Assembly: GCA_944320675.1 (NCBI GenBank)
Contig: CALUIJ010000110.1
Span: forward strand, 1,019 to 65,018
Direction of reading: 5' to 3'
DNA: 64,000 nt
DNA from: an uncultured Prevotella sp.
Lineage (GTDB): Bacteria > Bacteroidota > Bacteroidia > Bacteroidales > Bacteroidaceae
Part shown: one piece after another, positions 62,303 to 64,000 of the stretch
Layout of the letters: every line of letters begins with the position of its first letter
Position numbering within the stretch: position 1 is the first letter of the stretch
The notes under the pieces: generated by a model
The model's database searches: none
Told to the model about the DNA's origin: nothing
The model's input: only the letters and a program-made list of their open reading frames with translations
Program-made: the position numbers and the translations under genes

Positions 62303-62476
62303 CTTGCAATGGCGTAAACGGCAGTTTTATCTGTGGTTTACGCCCTTTGGCACAGCCGTTTGTGCCCTTTCATGGTGCAAAAGGGCACAAACGACAAGTC
62401 CGTTTACCGCCATTGACACCGTTAAATGGTATCGTCAATGATGAGAAAGGCCGCTTTTGCTGCCGGAAAAAGCCGC
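62303..62476. repeat. Nested inverted repeat with 22-bp-type units
   Basis: Perfect 14-bp stem CGTTTGTGCCCTTT / AAAGGGCACAAACG inside outer CAATGGCGTAAACGG / CCGTTTACCGCCATTG. Confidence 0.65.
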
Positions 62477-62811
62477 CACTGATTGCACAAAGCGGCAGGA
62501 TTTCACGTATAAACGTGTAATTCAAGATGTTACGTTTGCACACGATTTTTAACGTTATTCTACTGACGTATAGATTTTCATGTGGCTACTGCGTTTTAAA
62601 TGTTAAACAAGAAATCAGTATGTAAGCATTCACTTGATTTCTTTTTACATTCTGCACATTCTTGATTTACATTGCAACTCGTTTGCCGAATACTTACCCG
62701 CCAAAAAATCATGCAGGATGAACTTGCTGAAGCATTTGTCAGACTGAAGTGGCAAATAACGATAATCTGCCTCAAAAAAATTGAATAAAAACTCGTTTCT
62801 CACCGTTTTAT

Positions 62812-62842
62812 TTTGCACTTCACCTGATTTGCATTACCTTTG
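62812..62842 (+). promoter_or_regulatory. Promoter of kdsB
   Basis: TTTG (62812) then 19 nt then TACCTTTG (62835). Confidence 0.7.
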
Positions 62843-62866
62843 TAAAAACATAAAAAAACATAGCTT

Positions 62867-63619
62867 ATGAACTTTGCAGGCATCATACCGGCAAGATACG
62901 CCTCAACGCGCTTCCCCGGCAAACCGTTGGCAATCTTGGGCGGGAAGCCCATGATACAAAGAGTTTACGAACAAGTGGCAAAAGTCTTGGACGATGTATA
63001 TGTGGCTACCGACGACGACCGTATTTTCAACGCCGTAACAGAGTTCGGCGGCAAGGTCGTGATGACATCGCCTGACCATAAAAGCGGCACTGACAGGATA
63101 GAAGAGGCGGCCAGCAAGATAGGTAAAGACTTTGACGTGGTTATCAACATCCAAGGCGACGAACCGTTCATACACGAGTCGCAGATACGCACTGTGTGCG
63201 AATGTTTCGACGACCCGCAGACAATGATTGCAACGCTGGGGCGCCCTTTTACCGAAAACGACACACTGGCGGATCTTGAAAACCCCAACTCGCCGAAACT
63301 CGTATGCGACAACAACGGCTTCGCCATGTATTTCAGCAGAAGCGTAATACCCTATATCAGGAACGCCGAAAAGCAGGCCTGGCTCGGCAAATTCAACTAC
63401 CTGAAACACATAGGACTATACGCTTACAGGCGCAATGTGCTGGCAGAGATAACAAAACTGCCGCAATCGAGCCTCGAAATAGCCGAAAGCCTCGAACAGC
63501 TGAGATGGCTGCAAAACGGATATAAGATAAAGGTGGGCGTAACAAAGGTTGAAACCATCGGCATAGACACGCCGGCCGACCTGGAAAAGGCTGAAGCCTT
63601 CTTAGCCCAAAGGCGATAA
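62867..63619 (+). CDS. kdsB: 3-deoxy-manno-octulosonate cytidylyltransferase
   Basis: IIPARYASTRFPGKPL, SGTDR, QGDEP, ESLEQLRWL. Confidence 0.97.
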   Translation: MNFAGIIPARYASTRFPGKPLAILGGKPMIQRVYEQVAKVLDDVYVATDDDRIFNAVTEFGGKVVMTSPDHKSGTDRIEEAASKIGKDFDVVINIQGDEPFIHESQIRTVCECFDDPQTMIATLGRPFTENDTLADLENPNSPKLVCDNNGFAMYFSRSVIPYIRNAEKQAWLGKFNYLKHIGLYAYRRNVLAEITKLPQSSLEIAESLEQLRWLQNGYKIKVGVTKVETIGIDTPADLEKAEAFLAQRR

Positions 63620-63633
63620 CACAACCAGACAAC

Positions 63634-64000
63634 ATGACCGAGAACAAGGAACTGATACTGGCACTTGGGAGCAACTGCGACCAAGAGGCGTGTATGTCTG
63701 AAGCCATTTCAAGGCTGAAAGATATGTTCGGCGACGACATCGTGTTCAGCGAACGGATGTGGACTGTTCCCGTGGGAATAGCCTCCGGGAACTTCCTCAA
63801 CTGCCTTGTGTTCACACACACGGCACACAACCTGGCCAATATCACCAAGGCCATGAAGCACATAGAAAAACTGTGCGGCAACAGGAAGCGGGCACGGACT
63901 AACAACATAGTGAAAATGGACATCGACATCCTGAAATACGGTGAACAGGTGTTGCACGAAAACGACTGGACACGTGACTATGTTAAACAGCTGATGAAGG
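63634..64000 (+). CDS. folK: FolK-like hydroxymethyldihydropteridine pyrophosphokinase (3'-truncated by the window)
   Basis: Translated by hand: MTENKELILALGSN...FLN...IEKLCG...MDIDILKYG. Confidence 0.75.
   Translation, partial: MTENKELILALGSNCDQEACMSEAISRLKDMFGDDIVFSERMWTVPVGIASGNFLNCLVFTHTAHNLANITKAMKHIEKLCGNRKRARTNNIVKMDIDILKYGEQVLHENDWTRDYVKQLMK

Overview
A chromosomal core-genome region of a Bacteroidales bacterium, most likely Prevotella-like. This rests on the TTTG-N19/20-TAnnTTTG promoters, the fused FeoA-FeoB and the rpmB-rpmG-DUF4295-ftsY-rimO-HU gene order. It holds about 50 CDSs. Housekeeping genes include uxaA, nudC, grpE-dnaJ-folC, pheT, map-tsaD, ftsY, rimO, secA, lptC, feoB, glgB and kdsB. 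There is also a galM-galK pair and a complete L-arabinose operon (lipoprotein mutarotase, SSS permease, NrtR-type regulator, araD, araA, araB). I found no rRNA, tRNA, CRISPR array, transposase or phage genes. The most interesting signal is non-coding. (i) Four hairpins with arms built from RRTTAAG heptamers sit just after stop codons inside operons. (ii) A ~150-bp palindromic element with 10-bp periodic arms is present in two diverged copies. (iii) A GACGAGC/AGACAAG-armed hairpin has a degenerate relative elsewhere. (iv) Degenerate 22-bp-period CTTTT-N7-AAAAG arrays occur in the long intergenic regions. A sigma54-type promoter precedes grpE-dnaJ. All calls come from reading the sequence and translations by eye; no searches were run.
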